Positions 10,325 through 22,200 of a DNA stretch of 64,000 nucleotides are shown here, piece by piece (position 1 is the stretch's first letter; every line of letters starts with the position of its first letter). A model generated the notes under the pieces. It was not told the DNA's origin. It did no database searches and was given only the letters and a program-made list of their open reading frames with translations. Location: the sequence record NC_048182.1. One strand, written 5' to 3'. The translations under genes were made by a program, and so were the position numbers.

Positions 10325-11046
10325 TTTCCATTTATACGGAACTTGGATCTCTTTTCGATGAACGGCGTGGTATCTTAACTAAGGTTGCTCGAGAGTCGGG
10401 CAACACTAAGTTTGATTGGGATCGTAACTTTGCTCAGATCTATAAACGCCGCCGCATGGATATCTTTAACCAACCTGAGTTAGGGATTACTCAGGAGAAA
10501 TACGAAGCCCGTTATAAACAACGAAGCTTGGCTGACTTTGAGGATGAAAACGAAGTCTATATCGTTCCCAGTAATCTGATCTTCAACATGTTCCGTTTAG
10601 TTCGTGAGTTGGAGTTTGGCGTAGGTCAGATGATCTCTGCTCAGAACTTTTCGGTGACTGTTAACCTCTGGCCTTATGAGTTAACAGAAGCACATGCTCA
10701 AGAGTTACAATCGGTAATGAAGGGTGCGGTTAAATTTAACTACACTCTATCTTTTGTATTTATCGAACCTTCTGAATTAACACCGAAGGTATTGAACTCA
10801 TTTGAGTATGTGTTTAAATATGACATGTTACTCTCCCCGGATATGAAGAACTACTGGGAAAACTATATTCGCATGCCTGACTCAGGCACCAAGTTTATAG
10901 TCCCTGGTATTCTGACGTCTCGGGAACTACCTGAAGAAATGAGAGGCGAAGAGCCGATCGATCTTATTACCAAGATGAACTTTACTCAGGGCGGTAAAAT
11001 AACCCTAGTACCCGTAAACAAAACCATATTCGATTATAAAGAATAA
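10321..11046 (+). CDS. Hypothetical conserved jumbo-phage protein
   Basis: 241 aa, overlaps the upstream stop, ends before a perfect hairpin. Confidence 0.7.
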   Translation: MISIYTELGSLFDERRGILTKVARESGNTKFDWDRNFAQIYKRRRMDIFNQPELGITQEKYEARYKQRSLADFEDENEVYIVPSNLIFNMFRLVRELEFGVGQMISAQNFSVTVNLWPYELTEAHAQELQSVMKGAVKFNYTLSFVFIEPSELTPKVLNSFEYVFKYDMLLSPDMKNYWENYIRMPDSGTKFIVPGILTSRELPEEMRGEEPIDLITKMNFTQGGKITLVPVNKTIFDYKE

Positions 11047-11051
11047 GGTCA

Positions 11052-11080
11052 CCCCTAGGAGCCCCGAAAGGGCTCCTAGG
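11052..11080. terminator. Bidirectional hairpin terminator
   Basis: ccctaggagcc...gaaa...ggctcctaggg inverted repeat between convergent genes. Confidence 0.75.
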
Positions 11081-11097
11081 GATGTTTCGCTTAGGTG

Positions 11098-11718
11098 TTA
11101 CATATCTGGATCAAATTCTTCATCACGACCTTCATCGTCTACACGGATAACAGGTTCGTCATCAATGTCAAAGGTCTGTTCGATTTCTTTAGCATCTAAG
11201 TGCTGATGACCCTGATGAAGTTCTTCATTCTTGATCTCCATTGAGTAATCACCATTCGGTTGAATGATAGGAGCCAGAGGATCAAGTACGATAGCCATAT
11301 TACCGTAGTTAGGGATCTCAAGACGACCAGAAGCCACTTCATTAAGGGCGTTAACAAACGTCGCAAAGTTGGCACGGTTGTCCTCCAATTCTCTGTCCTT
11401 AGCACGCTCTTTACGATCATCACGAGCAGACTTTTCAGTTTGAGCCAGGATGGTGTTGATCGAGTCAAGGAGCTTCGAGTTCCCAGGTTTGGCAATGTAC
11501 GCTTGGGTAGCGATGTCCAGTACTAGAGTACGGTGTAACTGAACAAGAGAGAACAGTCGATCTTCGTTCTCTTTATTGCGTTCGCCATGAAGGATGGAAC
11601 GGATATTAGCAATCAGCTCATCTTTATCCTTTTCAGTTTTCAGCTTCTCTTCAGGCATGAACTGAGGGCGTGTTGGTTCTTCGTCATTGTAATCCGCATA
11701 TGACATATACTGCTCCAA
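11098..11718 (-). CDS. Hypothetical acidic protein
   Basis: 206-aa ORF with an acidic C-terminus. Confidence 0.7.
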   Translation of the reverse strand: MEQYMSYADYNDEEPTRPQFMPEEKLKTEKDKDELIANIRSILHGERNKENEDRLFSLVQLHRTLVLDIATQAYIAKPGNSKLLDSINTILAQTEKSARDDRKERAKDRELEDNRANFATFVNALNEVASGRLEIPNYGNMAIVLDPLAPIIQPNGDYSMEIKNEELHQGHQHLDAKEIEQTFDIDDEPVIRVDDEGRDEEFDPDM

Positions 11719-11747
11719 TATTTAGTTAACTAAACTATTTCAGACAA

Positions 11748-11754
11748 ATATTAT
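11748..11754 (+). promoter_or_regulatory. Putative early (vRNAP) promoter core ATATTAT
   Basis: tttcagacaaATATTAT; the same motif recurs before accessory genes and resembles the phiKZ early TATATTAC consensus. Confidence 0.45.
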
Positions 11755-11819
11755 CAAAGTAGATATCCATGGAAATCTGTTTTAATAATCTTTATTATGA
11801 AACAGTTAGAGGTGATGTG

Positions 11820-12371
11820 ATGTTCTTCAACAAGCTTTTGAATATGATTCCATTCTTCCGTAAACGGAATGTAAAGAAGATTCGCAAGGAACTTGTCGAT
11901 ATCAAAAATGATTTCGCAGACGGGTTCTTTAATGACAAATTTATCATTAGTCTTCACAATATCCTAAATAGTGGCTTAATCGACTTCTCAGGCCATTTAG
12001 TGAATGACTCATTGAGCAAGGTAACCACGTATTCAAAAACGTCTCAGGGTGCTGTTACGTTCATTAATAAGGGTGATTTCAAAAAGACTTCTGTCGAACG
12101 TAGCAAACTTATCAGCATGACTGAAAGTACCGATTTCTTTTCCAATTGGTACTCTCATGAAGAATCCGTATTTGATTTAATTTCAATAATGAGCAGGGCT
12201 TTACAGATACACGTATGTCAAATAAAAAACCTGGATGTAAGCGGGCATGAGCTTATCAGCCAGCATGTCAGCGAATCGGACCTGGAATTTATCGAGTCGC
12301 TATTATATAGACTTTTACTCATCGATGTAACGAGTCTATCCATATTCTATCTAGAGAGCAAATATGACTGA
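11820..12371 (+). CDS. Hypothetical protein
   Basis: Likely start is ATG 11820 after AGAGGTG; coupled to the next ORF. Confidence 0.7.
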   Translation: MFFNKLLNMIPFFRKRNVKKIRKELVDIKNDFADGFFNDKFIISLHNILNSGLIDFSGHLVNDSLSKVTTYSKTSQGAVTFINKGDFKKTSVERSKLISMTESTDFFSNWYSHEESVFDLISIMSRALQIHVCQIKNLDVSGHELISQHVSESDLEFIESLLYRLLLIDVTSLSIFYLESKYD

Positions 12372-12783
12372 TAAAAATAAGCAACAGTTATCCTTCGGTA
12401 AGAACAAAAACTTTGTTCCTTACGAACAGCTCACAGACATCCCCAGTCGTTTGTTCAGAAAGATAACTGAAAAGCTAAACATCAATCAAGCAAAGTGGAA
12501 AACGTTTCTGGATGACTATCTACGGTGGCAACATCCTGACGATAGCGCTCCGGCAGCAGAAGTAAAGAGAGCAAGAAGCACAGCGCTAGGCAATATCCAA
12601 TCCACGCTCTTCTGTAGTAAGAGTCTGAGTTGGAACAAGCTGTTGATGGGAATGAAGATCGCCCGAATCGTCTCTGTTAAACTCACCCTGGAGTTTGAAA
12701 CAGAATCTGGTGAGAAGCATGTCATCGAAGAACGCACTGTGCTGCGGAAGGTTCATAAAGAATCTGAATCTACCGAAGACTAA
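12364..12783 (+). CDS. Hypothetical basic protein
   Basis: 139-aa ORF overlapping the upstream stop. Confidence 0.7.
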   Translation: MTDKNKQQLSFGKNKNFVPYEQLTDIPSRLFRKITEKLNINQAKWKTFLDDYLRWQHPDDSAPAAEVKRARSTALGNIQSTLFCSKSLSWNKLLMGMKIARIVSVKLTLEFETESGEKHVIEERTVLRKVHKESESTED

Positions 12784-12844
12784 ATATGTTACTCTACCTT
12801 CGGGTAGGGTAACTTCATTCATTCTTTTATTTTTGGTATTGAAA

Positions 12845-13960
12845 ATGACGTTACTTCAGAAAACAAGTATATTTGAAGGTGTGGATTTAGGGAACACCCT
12901 GAAGAAAGCCAGTCAGGCCATGGGAGAAACAGTCTCCGGATTAACCACACAGCTAGTCAATCCATTTAAAGCTGTTACCGAATCAGTACGAGGTGGTATA
13001 GCCACCATCAGTGAAGCTCAGTCAGTTCTCTCTTCTAACTTGAACGCCTACAAGTCTGCAGCGATTGAAGGCATCGACGTTGGGCTAAAGAACATCAGTG
13101 GCGGGTTGTTTAACATTGGAAATATTGGTTCTGTTTTAACTTACCAGGATGGGTTCAAGGTTAACACTGATGAGCTTCTTCGCATCGGGAGTAAAGGGTT
13201 AGGGTTTAACGTCTATTCGATGTCTAACCTGAAAGACCAGATTGCTAATGGTTTCCTGGACGAACTATCCAGTATGTCTGGTGGGTTGTCAACTGGTTTG
13301 TTCTACATGGATGGCACTAAGCTTCGAATCAGTGATGATTGGAAGTTCCAGATGGGTACTTCTATCATTGACTTTATTGCAAAGGACAATGATGAGTTTG
13401 GGTCCATTGTCAACGTAGCTGGGATGAACTCAATCCTTAATACCATGCTAAACCAAACCGTTCGTTATGGTATCTTGGATGGATATAACACATTTGGTGA
13501 TCAGTACATCTTCCAGTCTGATTACCACGATGCATTAATCAGTGCGGTTAGTATTGCAGTTTCGAATGGTGACGCCGAGTCGGTTAGAAAGATTCTGGAA
13601 ATCATTCAAACTGAAGGTGCTAACAAAGTACACGCTAAGTACCCCGATCTGATTGAACAACTATTGGGTAACTTCCGTTTACAAGATACAGAAGACACGT
13701 CTGACTATCCACGTATCCGTTCTTCTATCTTGGAAGTCTGTACTAAGCTGAAAGGTCCCGATTGGTATAAGTCTTATACCCAGTTAGGTATGTGTATCAA
13801 CATGGGTTTGGTTAATGCCATCTCTGATGATGCTAAAAACATTCTCATGGATGAACCAAGCTTAGTCCCTCTGTTATGTGGTGCCGGGATCTTTAATGAT
13901 CTCTCTGCGGTTGAGATCTTCCAACAAGATTTCCCTAAAGCTATCCGTTTTGACAACTAA
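12845..13960 (+). CDS. Putative virion/tail-associated protein
   Basis: Long ORF, likely start MTLLQK at 12845, convergent with the baseplate-hub-like gene. Confidence 0.6.
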   Translation: MTLLQKTSIFEGVDLGNTLKKASQAMGETVSGLTTQLVNPFKAVTESVRGGIATISEAQSVLSSNLNAYKSAAIEGIDVGLKNISGGLFNIGNIGSVLTYQDGFKVNTDELLRIGSKGLGFNVYSMSNLKDQIANGFLDELSSMSGGLSTGLFYMDGTKLRISDDWKFQMGTSIIDFIAKDNDEFGSIVNVAGMNSILNTMLNQTVRYGILDGYNTFGDQYIFQSDYHDALISAVSIAVSNGDAESVRKILEIIQTEGANKVHAKYPDLIEQLLGNFRLQDTEDTSDYPRIRSSILEVCTKLKGPDWYKSYTQLGMCINMGLVNAISDDAKNILMDEPSLVPLLCGAGIFNDLSAVEIFQQDFPKAIRFDN

Positions 13961-13970
13961 GTGAACATAA

Positions 13971-14001
13971 CCCCTACCCCTCCTTTCGGAGCGGGTAGGG
14001 G
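13971..14001. terminator. Conserved palindromic hairpin
   Basis: cccctaccc-ctcc-tttc-ggag-c-gggtagggg between convergent genes. Confidence 0.75.
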
Positions 14002-14022
14002 AATATGCTTGTTTATTTCTTT

Positions 14023-16227
14023 TTATCGGTTTAACGGTCGACCTGTAAAGACACGACCGATATCACCGACGATACTGTCGTTCACCACACTAGCAACGTT
14101 AGATGGGGAGAACATTTGCTTAACGTCTGTTTTAAAGCGAGTCATACGACGGTTTAAATCGTTGAAACGTAACATGGTATCAAGATAGTCAATACCTGCC
14201 ACACGGTTTACCCAGTCGTTATATTTACCAATGTCACCAAGGTAGCGAGATGATTGCTTAGCGATGTTCACCAAGTCAAGCGGGTTCGATACACGGTTAA
14301 TAGGAATTGACAACACTTTATCCAAATCTGCAACAGTAAGATTAACACGACAGTTACGAGGTTTCATGTCTGTCGTCCAACCCAATGGACCGATACCAAA
14401 TTCAATAGAGGCGTTCTGCACAATACCTGTTCTGATAATAGACTTACCACGAGCAAAGCACTTGATAAGGAATGGAGCAGTGTACGTTGAACCACCAGTA
14501 CTGATTGGGGTAACAAATGGCATGATCAATGATAAAGGCAAGAACACGTTGGTTGCAATGGAATACGGATGTGCATAAGGCGCTTCAAAGTAGAAAGAGA
14601 AACTCTCACTGTGAAGGTTGGTAGATGAATCGCTCCAGTGTTCAGCAATCTCAACACGTGAGTTACCCATCAATGCCAATGGAACGTTACCAATAACTGT
14701 CCCAGCTGCCATCCCCATTACTGCTTCTTTCATGGTATCAACAAAGCCATCGATCACACCGATACCTGTTGTACCACCACCCATGTTAAACTTAAAGTCA
14801 CTTACTGCAGTAACCGTACTGTTAAAGGTATCTTCTAAAGCAGAACCTGTTGTCTGGTTACCGAAGCTATCACTAACAGAGCTTGTTCCTTCATAACGGA
14901 ACGTAACACCATCCAGACCACCGTAGAAGCCATCCATCAGTAACTGATAGACTTGGGCAGACCAACCGGATTCATCCACGTCAGGTGCTTGTGTAAGCCC
15001 ATCAGGAACGGTACCTGATAATGAAGGGGACGGAGTTGCAGATGCGTTAGCTGTGGAGAGCGCAGCTTCACCATTGTTGTTTACCGCATACTTAGTGGCC
15101 AGGTCTTTTGAGTACTTACTTGCGGATGCCGATGTTTGAGAAAGCGAATCGCTCGGTTGAACGTTAGCTCCCACATCGGCACTTAAGTAAGAAGACGCAA
15201 CCTCAGGGTAGGACATTTCTTCTTGATCCCCACCACGGATAGCACCAACGGTTTTCATTTCTTGCATCAGGTAATCACGAGAACCCGTACCGGCAGCAAA
15301 GCCAGTGTTAGCATTCACAAATCCTGAATCTCGGATGAGTTTATTCAACACACCCTGAATAGCTTTATCTTTATCTTCCGGGGTACGGATACCAGAAGTA
15401 TCGTCCAGCTCCTTTATCTTCTTCATGAAGTAACGGAACTTACGAACACCACGAGTACATACTTTCAGAATGTCAACTGTACCATCTTCGTTAATGGCAT
15501 CAGGATACAGACTGTGCATGTAAGAGAAGTTGTTCTTAGCAATTGCGCTGTCTTTAAGATAACCTTTCTGACCACCTTCGCCGTGATCACGGTCACCTTT
15601 CTTAGTGTTACCCTGATCCTGTCTGTCATTTGGCAGAACTGTTAAAGAGTAACCTGCTGCAACCATTAAGTCGTTAAAGATACCTTGAGCAGCCTGGAAG
15701 TAATGCCCCATAGCTGGCTTACCATAGTACCATTTATTCTTAGGTGTCCCCGTCATGAACTCCAGGAAGTTGTATGACGTAGCGACCAACTGGGCGGGCC
15801 AGAATGCAATAGCACCGGCTGCCTGTCCAATGTAGTACGCTGTGCTTGGGGCACGACCTTTTACTGCAATAATGGATGCGGAGTAGTCGAACATATTCAT
15901 AACGAATCCGAGTATCCCTGTGAACTCAGGAACACATGCGGTGAGTACGACAGACTGCGCGTTATCGTTATGGATACGTTTATAGTAACGTCCCATGTTA
16001 CCAAGTTGGTTTTCCATCAGCGGTTTAGGCCATGGATCGGTATTTTTACCAAAGCCTGGTAATGGGTTAACAAACTTGTTATCACCGATAGCGGTAGAGA
16101 AGAAGCTTGTGTATAAATCATAGTCGGACCGAATCAACACTTTCTCGGGATCTTTCAATCCTTCTGACATCAATCGAAATGATCGACTGACTATGTTAAC
16201 GTCCTTATATGGAAGTTGTACACTCAT
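14023..16227 (-). CDS. Tail tip/baseplate hub-like protein (phiKZ gp182-like)
   Basis: 734 aa, directly downstream of the tape-measure gene; beta-rich tube-like C-terminal half. Confidence 0.65.
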   Translation of the reverse strand: MSVQLPYKDVNIVSRSFRLMSEGLKDPEKVLIRSDYDLYTSFFSTAIGDNKFVNPLPGFGKNTDPWPKPLMENQLGNMGRYYKRIHNDNAQSVVLTACVPEFTGILGFVMNMFDYSASIIAVKGRAPSTAYYIGQAAGAIAFWPAQLVATSYNFLEFMTGTPKNKWYYGKPAMGHYFQAAQGIFNDLMVAAGYSLTVLPNDRQDQGNTKKGDRDHGEGGQKGYLKDSAIAKNNFSYMHSLYPDAINEDGTVDILKVCTRGVRKFRYFMKKIKELDDTSGIRTPEDKDKAIQGVLNKLIRDSGFVNANTGFAAGTGSRDYLMQEMKTVGAIRGGDQEEMSYPEVASSYLSADVGANVQPSDSLSQTSASASKYSKDLATKYAVNNNGEAALSTANASATPSPSLSGTVPDGLTQAPDVDESGWSAQVYQLLMDGFYGGLDGVTFRYEGTSSVSDSFGNQTTGSALEDTFNSTVTAVSDFKFNMGGGTTGIGVIDGFVDTMKEAVMGMAAGTVIGNVPLALMGNSRVEIAEHWSDSSTNLHSESFSFYFEAPYAHPYSIATNVFLPLSLIMPFVTPISTGGSTYTAPFLIKCFARGKSIIRTGIVQNASIEFGIGPLGWTTDMKPRNCRVNLTVADLDKVLSIPINRVSNPLDLVNIAKQSSRYLGDIGKYNDWVNRVAGIDYLDTMLRFNDLNRRMTRFKTDVKQMFSPSNVASVVNDSIVGDIGRVFTGRPLNR

Positions 16228-16246
16228 TAGTAACCTCGGTGGAAAG

Positions 16247-16266
16247 AAGGGGCCGAAGCCCCTTCG
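16247..16266. terminator. Hairpin after the tape-measure gene
   Basis: gaaggggc-cgaa-gccccttc (a UUCG loop on the minus strand). Confidence 0.6.
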
Positions 16267-16267
16267 A

Positions 16268-19200
16268 TTATCTCATATCGACTACATTGCCACCGTCGCC
16301 TTTCTTCTGACCTTGAACCAACTGAGTAAGCAACTGGTTAGTCTGGCTAAGAATACCAGCAACTGTCGTATCGGTCGTTTGCAAGTTATCAGGAAGAGCA
16401 ACTTCTGCTTTGATTGGTCCTTGAGGTGCTGCAGGTGCAACCTCTGGTGCTTTGACAGCAGGTGCCGATGCGGCAGAAGCTGTGCTTGGTGCACTAGAAG
16501 AATCAGTAGCACTTGAGCTACCACTTTCAGATGCAGCGCTACTTTCGATGGCATCAGCAGCGGCAGTACCTTTGGTGGATGGATCAAGCGGAGAAGCAGA
16601 GCCAGCAGATGCAGTGGATCCTACATTAGATGGCGGCTTTTGCTCTTTGGCTAGGATATCACTAACAGTTTCAGCTTTGGCACCAGCTTCCTTAACTGCG
16701 GTCTGTCCAGCGACTTGTTCCGGAGGAGCATTCTGGTCAGCTGCAGTAGGAGCTTTACCTCCGCCAGCCATTGGGTCGGCAGCATCAGGATCAGCAGCGT
16801 CAGCCGCACCAGATGTGTCACCAAGATCAATATCACCACTACGGAGTTTATTGAGATAGTCGTTGTAGTACTTACGACGTTCATCAGTAGCAGGTACAGC
16901 GTTACCGCCGTTAATCCCACGTACTGCCGTGTCAAAGTCACCCGATTTAGCAATAGACTTCATTGCTGGGTTGTTCTTCAGATACCAAACAGCAGATTCT
17001 GCCATGACGTTTGGATCTTCAGAAACCAACTTCGGATTTGATACAACGTCAATACCCGTGTCCTTCTTGAACTTCTCGTAGTTAGACTTACCCGTTAACT
17101 GGAAGAAGCCACGACCACGATAGTTCCAACCGTCTTCTGGTTTAGAGTTACCTAGTTGAGGTCCTTTAGGAGCACGACCGTAAACCCACATTGCACGTTC
17201 AGCCGGAGACATGGCAGCGACTTTCTGTGCGGTAGCGGCATCAGGTACGTTTTTGAAGTACTTCAGAAGAGTTGGTGCAGACCAGTTGGTATTCTCAACT
17301 GTGTTCTGATAGTTGCCGGTTTCTTTACGAGCCATTGCAAGAGCAAGTGCCAGTACTTTGTTATCCTTGAAGCCAGCTTTAACAAGATGGTTAAGCATGA
17401 GTTTTTCACCCTGCTCAAGTGACATCTTGACACCTTTATCTTCCCCAGCCTGTTTAATAAACTCTGGGTTGAAGTTCTCGTTCGCTTTACCCATGAACTC
17501 GCCAGCAGAACCGGCAGGACCACCAGGGGCTGACATGGTTGCGTTAGGATAGTAACCGCCTTGAGACATCGCGGTCTGTCCACCTGCACCACCAAAGCCA
17601 GGCATCGCTCCACCAAACGTATTTGGACTGGAACCGGAAGCCCTCTGTTGAATTTCAAGGGTTGTCTGTTTGGCCTTCTCTTTGGTCTCTGCTTCATCCT
17701 TAGCAAATTTCTGTGGATCCTTTTCTTCCATGGTACGAGAAGACATGTCTTCCAATTCAGGATCACGCAGTCGAGCTTGTGCTGCTTTGGCATCCAGGAT
17801 TTCCAGATACTTCTTAGCACGATCAGCCCACTTCCCAGATTTAGAACTTGGGAATGGAGAAGCTTCAATTTCCCAAACAGATACCTGCTGATCATTAACC
17901 ACAACGAGCTGTTCAGTTAACTGGTGAGCAATCTGAGCACGGTTAGTTGCACTCAATGATTTCCACCCGACTGAAGGCATTGTTCCTTTATACTTCTTGA
18001 CACCTTTGACGTAAGTCATCAGGACAGGAAGGAAGCGATCACGGAACCATGTCATCCAGTTGTTAATTGCAATATCCGTATCTAAACGGAATGATGCTTT
18101 AAACAACTCGAGCACTTGACCAGACTTACCAGTAAAGCGAGCATCGTCCCCCATCACCATGATGAAGTTTTCCATGTAACGCTCTAAGCGCAGAACAGCA
18201 GCAACACGCCAAGGCATGTTATCAATGTTACCATACGCTGCCAGACGCGTCATTACAAACGCATCCATCGGCTGGTCACCACCAGGCATCATGTCTGAAA
18301 TATCAATCTCTGACACTTTGGCTGGTTGTTGGAACTTAGCATCAATAGCTTGTTGTGAAGCCAGGGCAGCTTTCTTACCCATGATGTCTTGAGAGGCTTG
18401 TTCGTGTGTAGGAACAGCACTTGTTGGAGTTCCCTGAGTTTCAAGCTTCTTAGCTGTATCAGCATCAGTCGCAATCTTCTCAACCGCATTTTCATCCGGT
18501 GGTGGGAAATCTTTACTCAGACGTTCAAACATCGCAGTAACCGTATGACGAGTAAGTTCCTCATTCATGATCCCTTCGGTATTATCGATACGTATATCGA
18601 TGTTGTAAGGGAACGGATCCATAGTAGCAATGGCTTCACTGACACGGGAAACAACTTGAACTACTTCAAACGACTGCTTGGCATCAAACTCATCCAAGTC
18701 ACCCATGCGCGCTACAGAGATAGCTGCGTTGTACATCAGGAAGATTGGTTTAAAGCGAGCAGTATACCAACTTGATATGGCGTTGTTATCTTTGTACGGT
18801 GCTGAGGTTGCTTCAACAAACTGAGTCAGAATCTTCTCGATCGGTGTGTCTGGTTTCAGACTAGCACGGTCACCACGAATAGCGACCCAAGGATAGAGAA
18901 GTTTCTCAAGTAACAGCACTCGGCGACCTAATGGTGAACTACTGTCCTTAATACCGTACATCGCTAAACGGATAGAACGTTGACGAGATGGTTTACCCGG
19001 ATCTTTAATCAGGCCGTAACCTGTTTCGTCCTTGGCAATCCCACGAACCTCATCTTCGTGTTTTTCCATAGTGTTACGGTTGAAGAAGAACTTACCATCT
19101 GAGGACCAGAATAGACCGTAGTTATCCAGAGTTTGTCGAGTGTCAGAACTAATAGCTGAATCAACCGCTGCTTTAGCTAACTGACCTTGAGGAAGCCAGG

Positions 19201-22200
19201 AAGTCAAGGCTTCTATTCCCGCGTCACCGGCAGTACGATAGTGACCAGTAACTGGGTCACGATCACCAATACCGATATCTGCATTTTCGGTTGGAGAAGC
19301 AGGAATTTCATCATCGCCCATGGCCTCGCCTAATGCCCAGCTCAAGCCAGTTCCCACAACCATACTCATTGGGTTACCGATCTTAAACTTACCACGGGTC
19401 TTAGGTGTACGGGTACGACCTCCGGCTTTAGCTCCTTTACCTTTCTTCCCAGCTTTACCTTTCTTCTTCTTACCTGACTGACCGTGTTGTTCAACATCCA
19501 CATCTGGACCATCAAGAGCATCCATCGCTCCCCTGACCATTTTCCCGCCCATAAACGCTTTAGCCAGAGAACTGAATCCCCACTTCATCAGTTTATAGAT
19601 AGGTGACGCTGCGCCGAGCACACCGTTGAACAGCAGTTTACCGATCTTACCTAAACGCTCAGTGGACTTCACAAGAGAACCAAAGATCAACCCACCAATA
19701 GTTCCAATTGGGTTTTTAATCAGGTTCATCCCAAAGGTAGCGATACCCCCAATGAAACCTTTCAGCTTACTGAAGATCCCGCCTTCTTTTTCATCCTTAC
19801 CGTCACCCGCACCCAGACCTTTGGTATTTTCAGCAATCGAAATAATCGCTTCATTTACTTTGTGCTTCTCTTCTTCTTCCTTTTGACGCGCTTTAAAGGA
19901 AAGTGAGTTGAGACGGAATGGGGAAGTCGAACTGTTAGAGTTTCCACCGGTTGAACCACCGCCAGATCCAGCACCGCCCATGCCTGCGGCAGCCATAGCT
20001 GAATCGAGGGCGTCATCATCGATAGAGATACCGAACTGTTTCTCCAGGAGTTTGTAGATACGGTCTAAGCGACGTTCTACCCCTGAAGCTGAACCCATTG
20101 CTCCACTTGCGCCGCCAGCGGCTCCAGGAGCGGTTGGAGCTTTGTTATAACCAAGCTTACCCAGTAGGGTGTCCATTCCTGATTTAGCAAGTCCTGTCGC
20201 CATACCAACCATATTAGCAGCACCAGCGCCCACATTGCGTACAGCAGCACCTGTGGCAGTGATAAGTCCTGCTTCATACTCTTCCTGAGTAACCAGTTGA
20301 TTACCTTGTTCATCATAGACTGGACCATTGATTTCATTCCAACCAGAGATGGATTTAAATTCATTATTATCCGTACGAATGAAGTACTCGCCAGATTTGA
20401 ATTTAATTGAGAGTAATCTCGGTTCCTTATCCCCACGGACATAAACGTCTTGTTGGTAGATAAGGTCTTTACCCATTTGCATCGCTGACTTGATACGGTT
20501 AATAGGATCTAACAATCCATAAGCAGATACTGCAGCATCTTTAACACGTTTCAATCCGTTCAGTACAACGGCACGACCATCTGGCCCAAAGATTTTACCA
20601 CTCAAGGTAGTGACCCCAATAACAACCTTATTCAAGGTGTCATAGACAGGCCCTTTGATATCGTTCCAGGTTTTAATTACTCGACGGGTCACGGCATCCA
20701 GGTATTGTTCTGCTTTTAGCGCTTGCGCTGCTAAAATAGGTTCCCCTCTTTCGTTAAGGATATCCTCATCGTCAGATGGAGCGTTACCTGTTGCTGCTTT
20801 GGCGTCTTGACGACCCCAGTATTGAACAATACCACCGGCAAGTAAACCAGCACTTGCAACACCTGCGGCCAATAGTGGATTGGAAATGAATGCAGAAGAA
20901 AGACCGCCCAACATACCGCCTAAAACTAATGGTGAGTTGTTAGCGAGGAACTCCATTCCCTTAGTGGCGAACCCTTTAGGGAATTTAGACTTCACGGCTT
21001 TCCAAATAGAAAGCTTAGCATCTTCTTCTTCACGTTCTTCTTTAACAGTCAACTTACCAATAAGAAGTTTACCAGCAGCAGCCATCTCGTAGAACTTAGA
21101 CATGGTTTCAGCCATCTCTGTTGTCTTACCGAGAATCCCCTGGTTGATATCCTTAATAGAAGTAATCTCGCCAGTCATGGAATCAAAGTTAACGAGTTCA
21201 CCTCTTTTGGATTGCTCGTCATTCTTACTGATCATTCCAGCTAAACGTTCATTCAGCTGTTTAAGAGTGTCGTTTAATTCTTCCTGACCGCTAACTTGAA
21301 CAATAGGCGCTGGAGCACCAGAAGTTCCTCCCAGACCCAGACCACGAGTAGGCGCATCAATACCACGAGAATCCCCATTAACAACTCCTCTTAATTCAGG
21401 GTTGTTTGGGTCGTCCATATACTGACCAATACGATCATGGAACATCTGGGCATTAATCTTATCAACACCACCTTCGGTATAGATAACACCCAGGTCACGG
21501 AGCATCTGTTCGTTGCCTGTTTGACGAAGCAAGTTAATGCGCTGAGTAACGTTAGGATAGTTGGACTTTAAGTTCTCTGCAGCGACCGAAGCTGTAGCCA
21601 AACGCTCACGCCCTTTACGGGTAGGCATTTTCGACGCCATCTTCAATTGGGTAAAGGCATCGCCGTTTTCAAAGTCAACAATATCTTGATCTTCGATACC
21701 AAAGTGCAGTTTCATTACTGCGTGAATTTCTTTCAGCTGTGACGGAGGTACACCCGGAAGATCACCTAAGTAATAGAACGGGTTAAATGCTTTCTCAGCA
21801 TCCACGTCTTTAGCAATCTGCAAGGCTAATGCTTTCTTAGCCGCAGGAGAAAGTAATTTGCGTGTATCAAGACTGTCAGCCATCTCCAATGCCGCTGACG
21901 CAATATTCTTAAAATCAGAATGCTGCATTAAGTCAGCTTTGGTTGTGACTTTACGATCAGATTCTTTCATGAACTGACCGCGCATATAGTTATAACTAAC
22001 TTTCTCAACATCATCACGGCCAGTACGAATCTGTTCCAGAATCTGGTTGGTTTGTGAAATCAACCCAGGAATAACTTCGTTAAGTGTGATGTTGTTCATT
22101 TCCTTCCAGTGACCAGGCTGAGCCATCTCACGAGGATCACGTTTGGAAATGGTGTACTGGGTACCACGGGATTTACCCACATCCTGCATGAAGCTGTTGA

